A stretch of 63,702 nucleotides of DNA, filler included, from Octopus bimaculoides (lineage: Eukaryota): the NCBI RefSeq assembly GCF_001194135.2. It is 4 parts of 4 records of this genome, joined end to end, with 100 filler letters (N's around TTAATTAATTAA, not from the genome) between each part and the next. Parts side by side here need not be neighbours in the genome. Positions count along the whole stretch, not along the records: positions 1 to 24,296 come from NC_069004.1; 3 more parts are not named here. One strand, written 5' to 3'. Numbering within the stretch: the first letter of the stretch is position 1; the number at the start of each line of letters is the position of its first letter. Both the position numbers and the translations under genes were made by a program. A model generated the notes under the pieces. It was not told the DNA's origin and made no database searches. It saw only the letters and a program-made list of their open reading frames with translations. Of this stretch, positions 1 through 12,719 are shown piece after piece.

Positions 1-3000
1 GTGTAGTGGGTGCTTTTTACGTGCCACTGGCACGGGAGGCAGTCAGGCAGCACTGGCATCGGCCATGTTCAAATGGTGCTTTTTATGTGCCACCAGCAGA
101 GAAGCCAGTTGGGTGTATGGCATCAAACGCGTTCAGATGGTGCTTTTTACGTGTCACCAGCACAAGAGCCAGTCAGGGTGGGGGTGGGGCATCAACCACA
201 TTCAGATGGGACTTTTTATGTGGCACCGACACGGGGAGCCAATCAGGCAGCACTGGCTTCAATCCACGCATGAATGGTGATTACAGTGTGCCATCAGCAC
301 AGGAGCCAGTCAGGCAGCACTGGCATCAGCCACATCTACAATTTCCATTTGATTTCGATTTGATTGAGTTTCTGATTGTGATTTTGATTTTGATTTTATT
401 TGACTCATTAGGTCTCCTCAAGCACAGTGTGTCACCTGACAATTCAAAGATACCTTTTAAATGGGCTGATTATGTGACACTGGTATAGGCTACAGCTGTA
501 ATCTCACTTTACTTGCCAAGTCTTCTCAATCACAGCATATCTCCAGAGGTCTTGGTCTCTTGTCATTGCCTCTGTGAGGCCCAACGTTCGAAGGTTGTGC
601 TTCGCCACCTCATCCCATGTCTTCCTAGGTCTCCCTCTTCCACAGGTTCCTTCCACTGATAGGGAGTGATACATCTTCACACAGCTCTCCTTATCCATAT
701 GCAGCACTTGACCAAGCCAGCACACACCACATCTGATGCTTCTTATGTCCAACATTTCTCTCAGAGTGCCTACATCCTGTTGTGTGTGCACACTGAAATT
801 ATACATACAGTGGATCATACTAGCTTCATTTCTTTCAAGCCTACATGTGTCCTCAACAGTCATGGCCCATGGCCCATGTTTCACTGCCGTGTAGCATGGC
901 AGTTCACACACAATGCATCATACAGTCTGCCTTTCACTCTGAGCAAGAGACCCTTTGTCACCAGAAGTAGGAGCTTTCTGAACTTTGCCCAGGCTATTCT
1001 TATTTTAGTGGCAACACTCTCAGAGCAACCCCCCCCCCCATCACTACAGAGTTGGTCACCTAGGTAGTGGAGGCTATCGACTACTTCTAGTTTTTCCCCC
1101 TGGCATGTGATGGAATCAGTTTTCTGAGCATCTGCGGTGTTTATTGCTTCGCACACAAAAACTATCATCCTGGTTAACCTTCCTTTTATGTTGCTGCACC
1201 TCATGCATCCATAGCTTACACTGGGTACATCTTATGGAGTTTCTACCTACAGACAGAGCAGGGCCATCTACTTGAAGGGGTTTGTGATTTGTTCACCTTC
1301 CTACTTACTAGGACTTTGATTTTTGCAACATTGACTCTAAGGCCCTTTGATTCTAAACCTTGCTTCCATACTTGAAATTTCTTCTCTAGTTCTGGTAGTG
1401 ATTCAGCTATGAGAGCAAGGTCATCAGCATAGAGGAGCTCCCAGGGGCAGCCAGTCTTGAATTCTTCTATTATTGCCTGGAGGACTATGATGAATGAGGG
1501 GGGCTGAAGACTGATCCTTGGTGAACCCCTACTACCCAGAATTTTTCACTATACTCATTGCCAACCCTTACCTTACTGACAGCATCCCTGTACAGCTCTT
1601 ACTAACCACTTGTCTATCCCTAGTTTCCTCATTGGAAACATTGGAAACAGATAAGGGATCGGGAGACCCTGTCAAAGACTTTCTCCAAGTCAACAAAAGC
1701 CAAGTATAGGGGTTTATTTTTTGACTAGGTATTTCTCCTGCAGTTGCCTTACTAGAAATGTAGCATCAGTGGTGCTTCTACCTGGCACAAAACCAAACTG
1801 CATCTCATCTAGGCTGAACCTCTCCATGACCTTCACCTGATCCAGCAGTTTGATACCCCTGTAGTTATTTCTATCTAAAGCAATTGTAGCAATTGACTAT
1901 GGTGCTGCTATACCAGTCATTGGGTATGACTCCTTTGTGAACTACCTGATTTACAACACGGGTGACTAGTCCATAACCTACACAAGCAGATATTTTAAGC
2001 ATCTCAGCAGTGATTCCTGATGGGCCAGGGGATTTTCCTGACTTCATATCCTTAATTGCTTTATCTATCAGGGTGCTATCAATTCAGGTAGCTGGTCCCT
2101 CAACTGGGTCAACATTTGGCACACTCTCCTCCTCCCATTCATTCTCCACATTCAGCAGCCTTTCAAATTGGCTTCTCCAAGCCCCTTTCTTTGCAAAATC
2201 ATTAAAAGCAAGTGCACCATCATCTATGCAAACACATTTTTCTCCTATGACATCACAATTTTCTCTCTTGCAATCCAAAATACTTCAGTTCTTTGGTCCA
2301 AACTTTTCTACTTCTCCCTTGGCTATATATACCTGTCTCCCAGCCTCCCTTCTGGCTATCTGGTACATTTCCCTCTGATAGCCCTGTCTATTGTATTATT
2401 CCACCACCACGTTACCCTAGGTCTAGAAGGGACTTGCACCAGCCACAGATTTGGTCTGTGGCACTCAGTAAGCTGTCACATAGCAATTTCCAGTTACCCT
2501 CTGTCACAAGTCTGTAGCTCCTCCTCCCTGTCATCAAATTTCTCAATGAGAATAACCATAAATCTTTGACCATGTGAAAAGTTCTTAAGCTTCCAAATCT
2601 CTTTTCTGGATTGGTATACTTCTTGGCATCCTTCTGGCCTCAAGTCTAAAGTCACTAATGACTAGTCTATACTGTGGGGTACATTCTTCACCAGGGTGTG
2701 TCTTTGTATTTAAGAGCAACCATACATCCCACTGTCTGGTGAGGATGAAATCAATTAGGCTTGCAGAGTTGCCTGATTGATAGGGTATCAGGTGGCTGTC
2801 TAACTTCCTGAAGTTGGTGTTGCAAATTAATAGGTTGCTTGCATCACAGAACTCCAGTAGCCTAGTTCCCTCTTCGTCATGGCCCCCATGAACACTATGG
2901 AAGAGACCAAATTACTATCCAACATGCCCATTAAAATCTCCAGCCACAAAGATGAGGTCGTTGCCACTCATCTTTGAGGTAGCCTGTGGAAGGATATCAT

Positions 3001-3450
3001 AAAAGTGGTCCTTCTGATCATTTGGTAGGCCTGCTTGTGGGGCGTAGGCAGAGATAATTGTAACTATACTATTCTGCAAGACTAGCCTGAGCTTAAGCAC
3101 TATTGCATACTCTAACTACCTCTATGACCTTATCCACCCATTTATCTGCAAGGAGTATGCTTACACCCCCTGCTCCATCACTGTTACCTTCCCACAAAAA
3201 ATCTTATACCTATGTGCCTTGTCTGTTAAGACCCTGGCTGAAGCTCCTCTCCATTTTACCTCATGTATGCAGCATACATCATGTCTCCATTCAAGCATCT
3301 CTACAATCTCACTAGACCTACCTTTCAATGTACCTTCATTGACAGTGCCAACTTTAAAAACTGGGAAAGGAATGTGGGAGGAGGTATGGGAAGGGAAGAT
3401 GTTATTTAGCACCTGAAAATAAGGTTTCCATGTTCGTTTGATAGACATGC
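1..3450 (-). mobile_element. Near full-length, degraded RTE-clade LINE (AP endonuclease + reverse transcriptase); 3' end runs off the window start
   Basis: Minus-strand frames give the APE N-terminus (FKVGTVNEGTLKGRSSEIVEMLEWRHDVCCIHEVKWRG, 3161-3448), IISAYAPQ..FVAGDFNGHVG (2915-3100), PWELLYADD (~1422-1445) and the C-terminal GRGRPRKTWDEV (504-911). Many stops and frameshifts. The low-complexity stretch to ~3900 may be 5'UTR. Confidence 0.92.
8..330 (-). repeat. Diverged ~65-bp tandem array in the RTE 3'UTR
   Basis: The unit tggtgctttttacgtgccac..gagccagtcagg..cactggcatc recurs at about 8, 74, 139, 208 and ~280. Related units occur at 21350-21480. Confidence 0.75.
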
Positions 3451-4319
3451 TACACCTGTTCTCACTTTTGACCTGTCATCATTCAAACATTCAAGCATGT
3501 TAAAATTGTTGCCCCAACTGGGGGGGGGGGTAGGAGTAAGTGTTAGTGGCATTGTAAGTATAAAGGTTATGAACATTGTAAATCTAAATATTATTGGTGA
3601 TGCAGATATAAGAATAAATAAATAGAAGTAAAGATGAATATCAATATGCCAATGTTAGGTTAAGTAGGTGGGCTACTAAACTAGTTGTGTTAGTCCCTGG
3701 AAGAGAGAGGGGGAGAGGAGGGAGGCAAAATTGCAGGAATGATAGAAGACACCACCAGTGAGGGAGGGGGTTTCTGATGAGAGAAGAGAGATATGAGATA
3801 TTGGTTGTGGGGTGGGAATGGGTGGGTGCACCACAAACAATCAAGGGTTATTTAAGAGATCGTACGAAAAAAATATGTAGCCAACATAGAAACACAGGAG
3901 GAAAAAAGAACTAAGGGTATTATAGAGATTTCATTTGGAAATTACATGAAAAATTAAGGAGAAAACTAAGGCTGAGAGAGAGAGATAGAGAGAGAGAACG
4001 AGATTAAGAAGTTATATATTGAAGAGTCAATTTAAATAATTGGCTTATGAAAGTACATATTAGTAATGAATGAATGAAAAGATTAAAAAAAACAAGAGAA
4101 TATCTTAGCTTAGCAGTACCAATAGATACCAACACTGGAATGAGTTGCATGAAAGTCTGGGAGAGCACCAATAGTGATATGTATTTTATATATATGCTAC
4201 GACTAGAAGTGGACATATTTTCCCTGGGCAATAGGGAATAGCAAAGAGAATAGCACAAGAAGCCAGTGAAAGGAAGGATTAAGAGGTAGTACGAAAAATA
4301 TACATACATATATATATAT

Positions 4320-5790
4320 ATATCATCAACATTTGATATCAGTTTTCTATAATGGCATTGGGTGGATGATTTAAGAAGACTCAACAAGCCAGAGAACTGC
4401 ACTGAGTTCCATCTGTTTTGGCTAAGTTTCTACTGCTGGATGCCCTTCCTAATGCTAACTACTTCACACAATGCAGTGAATGCTTTTTTTGTGGCATCAG
4501 CACTAGTGAAATTGCCATGTAACTCACAAAACTAAAAAACTTCTTTAGAGGAAGGTGACTTTATGCTAGGTATTGATAGGTCAAAGTATGATAGATAGAA
4601 AGACAGGAATTGGTTTCTTGCTGTAAAAGAGATACATGAATAATCTGCATTATATAAGAGAAGTAGGAGTAATTAGGGTGGAACTGGAAAGTGTGATAAA
4701 GTGTAGTGATGATAAGGTGTTAGGGTAACCCCCTCAAGGTATTAGAAGGTAAATAGAAGAGAGAGTGGAGGTAGAAGATCAGGCAGGGTGGTGGATAAAG
4801 TTTACAGGAGCACAGGAAGAGAGAGACTTGGTGAAGAGGTTAATGATGAACAAGGGTGGTAACACGGTTAATGCTAAATATATAAGCGGCTCAGGATTGG
4901 GGAAGTTGATGAGTGGCAGTACAGAAAAGTTGAAGGGCATTGAAATAATAATAAAACTGTGAGCATCGTAAGGATAAGAGACAAAGAGATAATGGGGGGG
5001 GGGTAACAATTACAAGAATGTGAGGAGAGAGAGTGAGAGATGGAAGTCAGAGGAATGTATGAGGAAGTGCTGAAAAGTTCTTGTCTTTAAGGGTATCACT
5101 AAAGGCCTGGTTGGAGGCACCCTTCCAAGTTCTTTTACAGGGCTTAGAAAGACTGAAGGACTGCTGTGTGAATCTGAGAGGGGAATATGTTCAATAAAAT
5201 CATAATTAACTGATTCTCCTGTATCTTCTTTTACTTAAAGCCAGGAACTTTTCAGCACCCCCTCATAAGAAGGTAACAAAGGTTGTGGTTGATGGCAGGT
5301 ATGAGAAGTGGGGTGTCAATGGAATGTGGTTTAGAAGAGAGAGTGAGATTACTTGTGGCAGGTAAATGATTAATGGGAAATCAGAGAAGGGAAGGTTGTT
5401 GCTGAAAATGGGGGATAGATGTCAAAAGGAAGTGCTTCCAGAAAGGGAGGGGGGGTGAGATGAATGGAGGCACAAAAAGCAGACGAAATATGTAGTTCTG
5501 CTCCCATTTAATTACAACAGCAGAATAAGGCAGAAGAGTGATTGTGGGATGAGGGTAAGGTGGAGAAGGTATTGAGAGAGGGTTATTTCTGTGTCAACAC
5601 ATAAATATAATGCTTTGGGGACCTTAGTTTTGCTATGATGGGTAGGGTCTTCACAAACTCTGCATATTGCCAATTATCTTAGTCCTTTGTTATCTCCTCT
5701 GTGAGGCTCAACATCCTGTGATCAAACTTTGCCACATCTTCCTGGGTTTCCCGCTTCCACAGATTCCATCATTCAAACATATCATATCCC
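4320..5790 (-). mobile_element. 5'-truncated RTE-type LINE with a long (~1.3 kb) 3'UTR
   Basis: 5680-5790 matches the ORF end of the RTE at 560-660. 4320-4510 matches the RTE terminal tail (ttctac..gctggatgcccttcctaatgc). The intervening purine-rich tract has no credible ORF. Confidence 0.55.
5060..5265. mobile_element. Tc1/mariner-type MITE (~206 bp)
   Basis: ~32-bp TIRs tgaggaagtgctgaaaagttcttgtctttaag / cttaaagccaggaacttttcagcaccccctca, flanked by TA at 5058-59 and 5266-67. Confidence 0.85.
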
Positions 5791-5876
5791 CATGCTAACT
5801 CAATCTCCTTTCCTGTACCTCTGACTCTGCTTAAGCTTAGTTTTTCTCTCAAAATATTGGTACCCTATCATTTGTG

Positions 5877-7520
5877 TACAGGAGTGGCTGTGTGGTAAGT
5901 AGCTTGCTTACCAACCACATGGTTCCGGGTTCAGTCCCACTGCGTGGCATCTTGGGCAAATGTCTTCTACTATAGCCTCGGGCCGACCAAAGCCTTGTGA
6001 GTGGATTTGGTAGATGGAAACTGAAAGAAGCCCGTCGTATATATGTATATACTAGCAGAAATACCCAGCTTTGCCCGGGTTAAAGAGAATAATGAAATCT
6101 AAAAACGCTGTCTAGACTACGCAACCCTCAACTGTTAGTAGCTACGATACCATATTTCTACATTAATAACTCTCCAATGCATGCCNNNNNNNNNNNNNNN
6201 NNNNNNNNNNNNNNNNNNNNNNNNNNNNNNNNNNNNNNNNNNNNNNNNNNNNNNNNNNNNNNNNNNNNNNNNNNNNNNNNNNNNNNNNNNNNNNNNNNNN
6301 NNNNNNNNNNNNNNNNNNNNNNNNNNNNNNNNNNNNNNNNNNNNNNNNNNNNNNNNNNNNNNNNNNNNNNNNNNNNNNNNNNNNNNNNNNNNNNNNNNNN
6401 NNNNNNNNNNNNNNNNNNNNNNNNNNNNNNNNNNNNNNNNNNNNNNNNNNNNNNNNNNNNNNNNNNNNNNNNNNNNNNNNNNNNNNNNNNNNNNNNNNNN
6501 NNNNNNNNNNNNNNNNNNNNNNNNNNNNNNNNNNNNNNNNNNNNNNNNNNNNNNNNNNNNNNNNNNNNNNNNNNNNNNNNNNNNNNNNNNNNNNNNNNNN
6601 NNNNNNNNNNNNNNNNNNNNNNNNNNNNNNNNNNNNNNNNNNNNNNNNNNNNNNNNNNNNNNNNNNNNNNNNNNNNNNNNNNNNNNNNNNNNNNNNNNNN
6701 NNNNNNNNNNNNNNNNNNNNNNNNNNNNNNNNNNNNNNNNNNNNNNNNNNNNNNNNNNNNNNNNNNNNNNNNNNNNNNNNNNNNNNNNNNNNNNNNNNNN
6801 NNNNNNNNNNNNNNNNNNNNNNNNNNNNNNNNNNNNNNNNNNNNNNNNNNNNNNNNNNNNNNNNNNNNNNNNNNNNNNNNNNNNNNNNNNNNNNNNNNNN
6901 NNNNNNNNNNNNNNNNNNNNNNNNNNNNNNNNNNNNNNNNNNNNNNNNNNNNNNNNNNNNNNNNNNNNNNNNNNNNNNNNNNNNNNNNNNNNNNNNNNNN
7001 NNNNNNNNNNNNNNNNNNNNTAGAATAGTTTCAGTTTTAAAGTGAAAGTATTTGACAGGAGTGTTTTTGTTTCACTTTTGACACGTAATACTTAAATAGT
7101 GGAGGAGATATTATGTTGCCGTGGGCTTGAACTCTGCAAGAAGTTAAACATTTTTTTTGACTAAAACACAACTGGAACCCTAAGTAAGGCATGTGTAAAA
7201 TTTGAATGAAATTGGTTGCGTAGTTCTCGAGTTTTAGGGATTCACACACACAGACAGACACACATTCTCATTTTTATATATATAGATATATATATATGTG
7301 TGTGTGTGTGTGTTTGTGTGTCTGTGTTTGTCCCCCTAGCATTGCTTGACGACCGATTCTGGTGTGTGTTTATGTCCCCGTCACTTAGCGGTCCGGCAAA
7401 AAGAGACTGATAGAATAAGTACTAGGCTTACAAAGAATAAGTCCCGGGGTTGACTTGCTCGACTAAAGGCGGTGCTCCAGCATGGCCGCAGTCAAATGAC
7501 TGAAACAAGTAAAGAGTAAA
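5877..7520 (+). mobile_element. tRNA-derived SINE family A, split by a Helitron (head 5877-6051, tail 7287-7520)
   Basis: A-box-like TGGCTGTGTGGTAAG and B-box-like GGTTCAGTCCC. Head and tail are colinear with the uninterrupted copy at 34026-34421. Confidence 0.85.
6052..7286 (-). mobile_element. Non-autonomous Helitron; interior is an N gap
   Basis: The minus strand starts A|TCTATATATATAAAAA followed by a GTCT microsatellite. It ends in the hairpin acccgg-gcaaag-ctgggt then CTAG|T. It is inserted between A and T with no TSD, the canonical Helitron pattern. That both ends belong to one element is inferred across the 6186-7020 gap. Confidence 0.75.
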
Positions 7521-7599
7521 CATTGCAAATCTGGTGGAGTATGCTTGCTTTATTTCTTTACAGTTTTCCCAATGAATTACTACCATGAGTATTACCTAC

Positions 7600-7910
7600 T
7601 ATATCTCAGAACCTAGCAGCATATCAGTTGTTAGGCATGTTAATGTTCCAAGTTTGCTTGCAAATCCAGCTGCATTGAGTTAGTCAAAATGCCTGAATGT
7701 AGACTGCAAAAGGCTGTTTTCTATTCTGAGCTGCAAATGGAGGGTGCAGTATCGGTGCACCACACAAAACATTCAAAGATGCACCAAAAGATCCTTGAAA
7801 GATTACAAGACCAATCTCAGTTCATATGAAGATCTTGCTTGAGACAAGTTTGCATGAAAGATGCTAGCACCAGGGGCTAAAAGACTTTTGAATCTTTCAG
7901 AATCTCTGTA
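7600..7910 (+). mobile_element. Old RTE (BovB-like) LINE 3' ORF fragment
   Basis: VKMPECRLQKAVFYSELQ resembles the RTE C-terminal V.RMPD.RLPK..FYGEL motif; followed by decayed ..YEDLA.DK..W. Confidence 0.55.
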
Positions 7911-7979
7911 GCAGGGGCCAATAGGGAAGATTACAAATTACACCCATAACAAGCCTAGTATAGGTGAACATCAGTGTGT

Positions 7980-8305
7980 GATCTGGTAGAGAAATACAAC
8001 AACAAAGGTTCTAGTTGATCTGCCCAATGGAACAGCCTCCTCCTGAAATTAAAGTGCAAGTGACTGAGCACTCCACAGACACATGTACCCTTAATGTAGT
8101 TCTCAGGGAGATTCAGCATGACACAGAGTGTAACAAGGTTGACCCTTTCATTTACATGCACAAAACATTTTTGCCAGCTGAGTGGACTGGAGCAATGTGA
8201 AATAAAGTGTCTTGCTCAAGAACACAATGCATTGTCAGGAATTGAGCTCACAACCTTACGATTGTGAACTGAATACCTGTACCCACCAAGCCATGTGGTT
8301 TCACT
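7980..8305 (-). mobile_element. tRNA-derived SINE family C
   Basis: Minus strand: tggcttggtgggta (A-box-like), gagctcaattcc (B-box-like), then tgttcttgagcaagacactt, the conserved segment that follows the tRNA head in CORE-like SINEs. Confidence 0.65.
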
Positions 8306-9129
8306 TCTCTACTAGAATAGGACTTCTTGGTCACAGCAAAATACTTCTCTACATATTTATTTGTGTTATTTTAATTTTTTTCTGTAGCTGCTAGGTCATT
8401 GTCACATAAAGATGACAAATGAATATAACTTATTATCTATATGAGAAAGAGAGGAAGTAAACAGCAATAAGTAGAGAAGAAGAGGAGGAAGAGAGGTATA
8501 AGGAGAGACTGGAAGGTTTTTGAGAGCAATAAAAAATAACCAACAATAAAAATTTTGATAACTGCGTAATACTATTACTGCAAACAAACAAACAAATTCA
8601 TTCATTAAACCCATGCGTTTATTTTTACGGAACTGTTTGTGTGTGATTTTGTATTCAAAGGCATGTTTGTCTGACTGAATTTTAAGTGACTTATACTTAT
8701 CTCCAAGTGTTATATGTGTCATATACACATGTACACAATTGCATGTTGTGACTCACAACTTGCTCAGGTGGCATCAGAGGGAAAAGAATCTAACATGTGA
8801 AATGGTCCCCAAATTATACAGGAGGACAATAACTTGGGACTTGGGACAGTGTTATTTCAGATAGGAATTTTCAGTTATATGCTCTTCCTGTTACCAATCT
8901 TTGTTTGTCTATATAAGGGAATTATTTATTCTACAGTTCTTTGAAAGTGTAGAGAAACAGTCATATTGTTAAGAATGAGTGCTAACATAAACATCACTTT
9001 GCTCAAGTGGTGACAAGCATGGAATATAAACATTCACATTGATTGTGGCTGTCAGATACATTTGTTGTTTTTGTTCTCATTTATTTTAATCCTTTCCAAT
9101 GTTATCTGATTGAACACAAAAAATATTTT

Positions 9130-9270
9130 TATCATCATCTTTTATGGCTTTTTTTCATAGTTCTATTCTTCCTCTACAATTTTTGTTCATAGTTTTTGAA
9201 ATTTGAATAAATTTTACCTCTTTTCAGATATATGACAACAGAGTGCCAAGCAGAAAAAATATGAAGTTTT
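9130..9270 (+). mobile_element. Mariner 5' remnant related to 17165-17260
   Basis: Shares tttttgaaatttg(a/c)ataaatttta..tttcagat with the sequence upstream of the mariner ORF start at ~17258. Confidence 0.35.
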
Positions 9271-9664
9271 CACACATACATTTTAATATTTCACTCAGGC
9301 ATTGTGATACTAATAACCTGGTGTAGGGCTCAATATATGTATGCTTCTGAACAAAGCATTAGTTGGGTACAGAGTGGCAATAAGAAAAGAGATGACAAAG
9401 GAATAACTGAATTATCTTACAGTTGTTTCCACTATATGATGTTATGAACTCATAGTCAAATGCCCAAGAAACACTATATAGCAATGGTTCTCAACCAGGG
9501 TCCATAAAAGATTTTGTTGTAAAAATTTATCTATAATAAATTGGTTATACTTCTACAATACACAAAATATTTTAACACTGTTTTTGTACAATTCCTTATA
9601 TTCTATTATAAATATATAATTTTTTAAACACTGCTTTACAGTTTCATCAGAGCTTCTATCTATA

Positions 9665-10020
9665 TGTATCATCATCATTTTAATACCCATTGTTCCAGGT
9701 TTGTATGGGACAGAGTTTATCGAGGCAGATTTTCTATGGTCAGATGTCCTTTCTGTTGCCAACCTTCACCTGTTTCCAAGCAAGATAATATTTCTCTATG
9801 GTCAGACATGGAAGACTGGAAATAAACATTATTTGTATGACAGTGATACTCATTTACAACCATATAATGTCAAGACAAGGGTACACACACACGCACACAA
9901 TGAAGTAAAACAAAGTCATCATCATTGTCATTTTAATGTCCACTTTTCTAGACTTGCATGGGTTAGAGAGAATTTTGTTGAGGTATATTTTCTATAGCTG
10001 GTTGCTCTTCCTGTCGCCAA
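9665..10020 (-). repeat. Two short (~100 bp) RTE-type 3'-tail fragments (9665-9775, 9915-10020)
   Basis: Both begin with (cat)n-ttttaat and share ttttctat(g/a)g..gat..ctt..ctgt(t/c)gccaac, similar to the other RTE tails in the window. Confidence 0.45.
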
Positions 10021-10094
10021 CATTTATCGCTTTCCTAATAAAATAGCATTTCCTTATGAGCAGACATGTTTCGATGCATGCATGCTAAAGACAG

Positions 10095-10281
10095 TAACAC
10101 ACACATACATACACACATATGATGGGTTTCTTTCAGTTTCTATCTACCAAATCCACTCATAAGGCTTTGGTCAGCTCAGGGCTATAGTAGAAGACATTTG
10201 CCTAAGATGTCATACAGTGAGATTGAACTGAAAACCGTTAGGTTGAGAAGCAAACTTCTTACCGTACAGCCACACCGGCAC
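10095..10281 (-). mobile_element. SINE-A head
   Basis: Reverse complement of the 5877-6050 head (tttcagtttctatctaccaaatccactcataaggctttgg...). Confidence 0.8.
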
Positions 10282-10360
10282 ATATAACCACCCGTCATCA
10301 GAAATAAGGTAACAAGAGTTAGGGACATTAGTGGTGTAACTGAATTTTTATGGTTTTACT

Positions 10361-10617
10361 CAGTGGTTCCCAAAATGAGTGGTACTGCCCCTCTGGGGGT
10401 GGTGGAAAAATCCAGGATGAGGTGGGGTATTGAAATGTAGGGTGATAATGGATGTAAACACAAAAAAATAATGGTTAATTAGGTTAAGTCTTATTTGTGA
10501 AATACAGTTATTTTGCAGAAAGTGGTTTATGTTTGTGGTAGTGAGTGGGGTGTGTGTGCTTTGAATGCAGCCTGAGTGCCAAGGGGGCAGCAGCCTGTAA
10601 AAGTTTGGGAACCATTG
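10361..10617. mobile_element. hAT (Charlie-like) MITE
   Basis: TIRs cagtggttcccaaa / tttgggaaccattg; 8-bp flanks gttttact / gtttcacc match at 6 of 8 positions. Confidence 0.75.
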
Positions 10618-10621
10618 GTTT

Positions 10622-10841
10622 CACCCATTAGCATTTGAACCAGTCATATCTGGCTCAAATATTCTACCTCTTTAATGTTTAAACTAGCTAGACCTGGCCT
10701 CTCATTCCTACCCTACAATGTCATTCTAAAAATAAACACATCATCAAAAACTCAAAGCTACAAAATAATGTACGATTAATTGAAAACAATGTGAATAAAT
10801 AAATATTACATTAGACATGGAAACCTGAATGTGAAAGGGTT
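10622..10841. mobile_element. Probable TTAA-type (piggyBac-like) MITE
   Basis: Right end ...aatgtgaaagggTTAA; degraded left end cacccattagcattt. Confidence 0.35.
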
Positions 10842-11454
10842 AAATGGGGTCTCAGATCTTCTCTCTAGAGGTTTGCTGCTTCCTAAAGTTCTCATCTCAA
10901 AAACAAAAAGACACTTACATGGAAAAAAGACACAAAATACGTAAATCTATAGAAATTAACATTTCCAAGGCAAAATTTTTAATTTTCATAATTTTTTTTT
11001 AAAATTCAAATATTCTTGATGTATTTTATTTTATATACAAAATGATGCAAAAATAATCCAGTTTTGTAAATTCAGTAAAAATTTCTTCAATATCAAAACA
11101 TCTATGTATATGATATATCTATATATATAACAGACACACACACACAAATCCTTTCCTTGTTTGAATTAAATTTATTGGTTTCTTTATAAACCTAATATTT
11201 ATTCCTCCATTCTATCACATAACTCCAATATAATAGATTTTTGGAAGGTTATGATTGTAAACATGCCCACAATCTGATAAATACCTTGACATTATATATA
11301 TATATATATATATATATATNNNNNNNNNNNNNNNNNNNNNNNNNNNNNNNNNNNNNNNNNNNNNNNNNNNNNNNNNNNNNNNNNNNNNNNNNNNNNNNNN
11401 NNNNNNNNNNNNNNNNNNNNNNNNNNNNNNNNNNNNNNNNNNNNNNNNNNNNNN

Positions 11455-11591
11455 AATAGGAGCTAAATGCCTTTTTTCTACTACCATAAAAGATCTCTGA
11501 GACAGTAAAGACACTTTTTTTACGTAAAAAAGTGTCTTTACTGTCTCAGAGATCTTTTATGGTAGTAGAAAAAAGGCATTTAGCTCCTATT
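11455..11591. repeat. ~137-bp spacerless palindrome abutting an N gap
   Basis: The arms are exact reverse complements around tacgta (11521-26) except for a 1-nt difference in the T/A run. The left arm begins exactly at the gap edge. Confidence 0.9.
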
Positions 11592-11740
11592 TCTAAATCA
11601 GTGCATGGCGAAACAATTAGCTGATCCCTGATTATAATCATGTATATAATTATAGAATATTTGTATAAGTTTACCTAAAATGGTTATTTTTAATGTACTG
11701 ACTACTTGGTAAAATTATTAGTTATTAATTAATTTATTGA

Positions 11741-11815
<75 letters not shown>

Positions 11816-12253
11816 TATACAATATATTACACATATAATATATTATACATATAATATATATATATATCATAACAGATGTTAGATCTTAACATGAACCAAT
11901 TTGGAGGTAGAAACATAGGAGTATTTTTAATTCAGTTGGATATTTGTGAAAAAGCCTAAAAACCAAAACATTTAAGAGGTAGGTTGAAGCAAAACAAAAA
12001 GTTCTGAGGATGCACCCCGACCATTTCCCCTGTCTCTGAACCCCAAATCCATTTCCTAACTCTTATTTTGTCAGACATAATCAAAGCAACATTAGAGGGA
12101 TGAAGATAAAGACCAAGATTATGAAATGGTTGGAGTGGTGGGCAGAAGTGGCTTAAATACATCAGCTGTTTGTAGTCATCATTTGCATCACATATCATCA
12201 TCATCATCCTCATCAGAGCTGTATTATTCAGTCATGTAGTTCTGCAGGCTGTT

Positions 12254-12301
12254 TCATTCAATAACGAGCTTGCCTTCAGTAAACAGATTATTAATGGCAG
12301 T
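12254..12301 (-). CDS. LYRM4: LYR motif-containing protein 4 (ISD11), terminal coding exon: TAINNLFTEGKLVIE*
   Basis: Strong acceptor ttttcctttcttaatttctcttgcag|. Phase 0 matches the upstream exon. The peptide aligns with the LYRM4 C-terminus (V.IGQLY..DKL(I/V)IE). Confidence 0.85.
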   Translation of the reverse strand, partial: TAINNLFTEGKLVIE

Positions 12302-12719
12302 CTGCAAGAGAAATTAAGAAAGGAAAACATCGAAAATGAGAGATTTAAAAAAAATTTTTAATTTTCGAATTTGGTAACATTTTAATTTTGACAGGAAACG
12401 AATAGGCAGGGACACACAAGCATAGAATAAACCCCTCAGTGTAATGGGTCCTGATTTAATGGAATGAATACTAACAATAATGCTTTCAAATGTTGGCACA
12501 AAATGTAGCAATTTTGAAGGAAGGAGGAAATCAATTACACCAACCCCAGCACTTAACGACAACTACTTATTTAATCTACCCAACGAGAATAAAAGGCAAA
12601 GTCAAAGTTGGAAGTATTTGAGCTCAGAATGTAAAAATCTGGAAGAAATGCCACTCAGCATTTTGTCTGGAGCAATAACGACTCACCGCATCCTCATCAT
12701 CATCTTTAATGAATAATAA

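Noticed and set aside
8-330. Regularly spaced repeats resembling a CRISPR array
   Set aside because: The units are diverged tandem copies without unique spacers, lie in a LINE 3'UTR, and the context is eukaryotic with no cas genes.
8402-8728. 108-aa ORF as LYRM4 exon 3 or another gene
   Set aside because: No similarity to the family, low-complexity composition, and the true terminal exon was found at 12254-12301.
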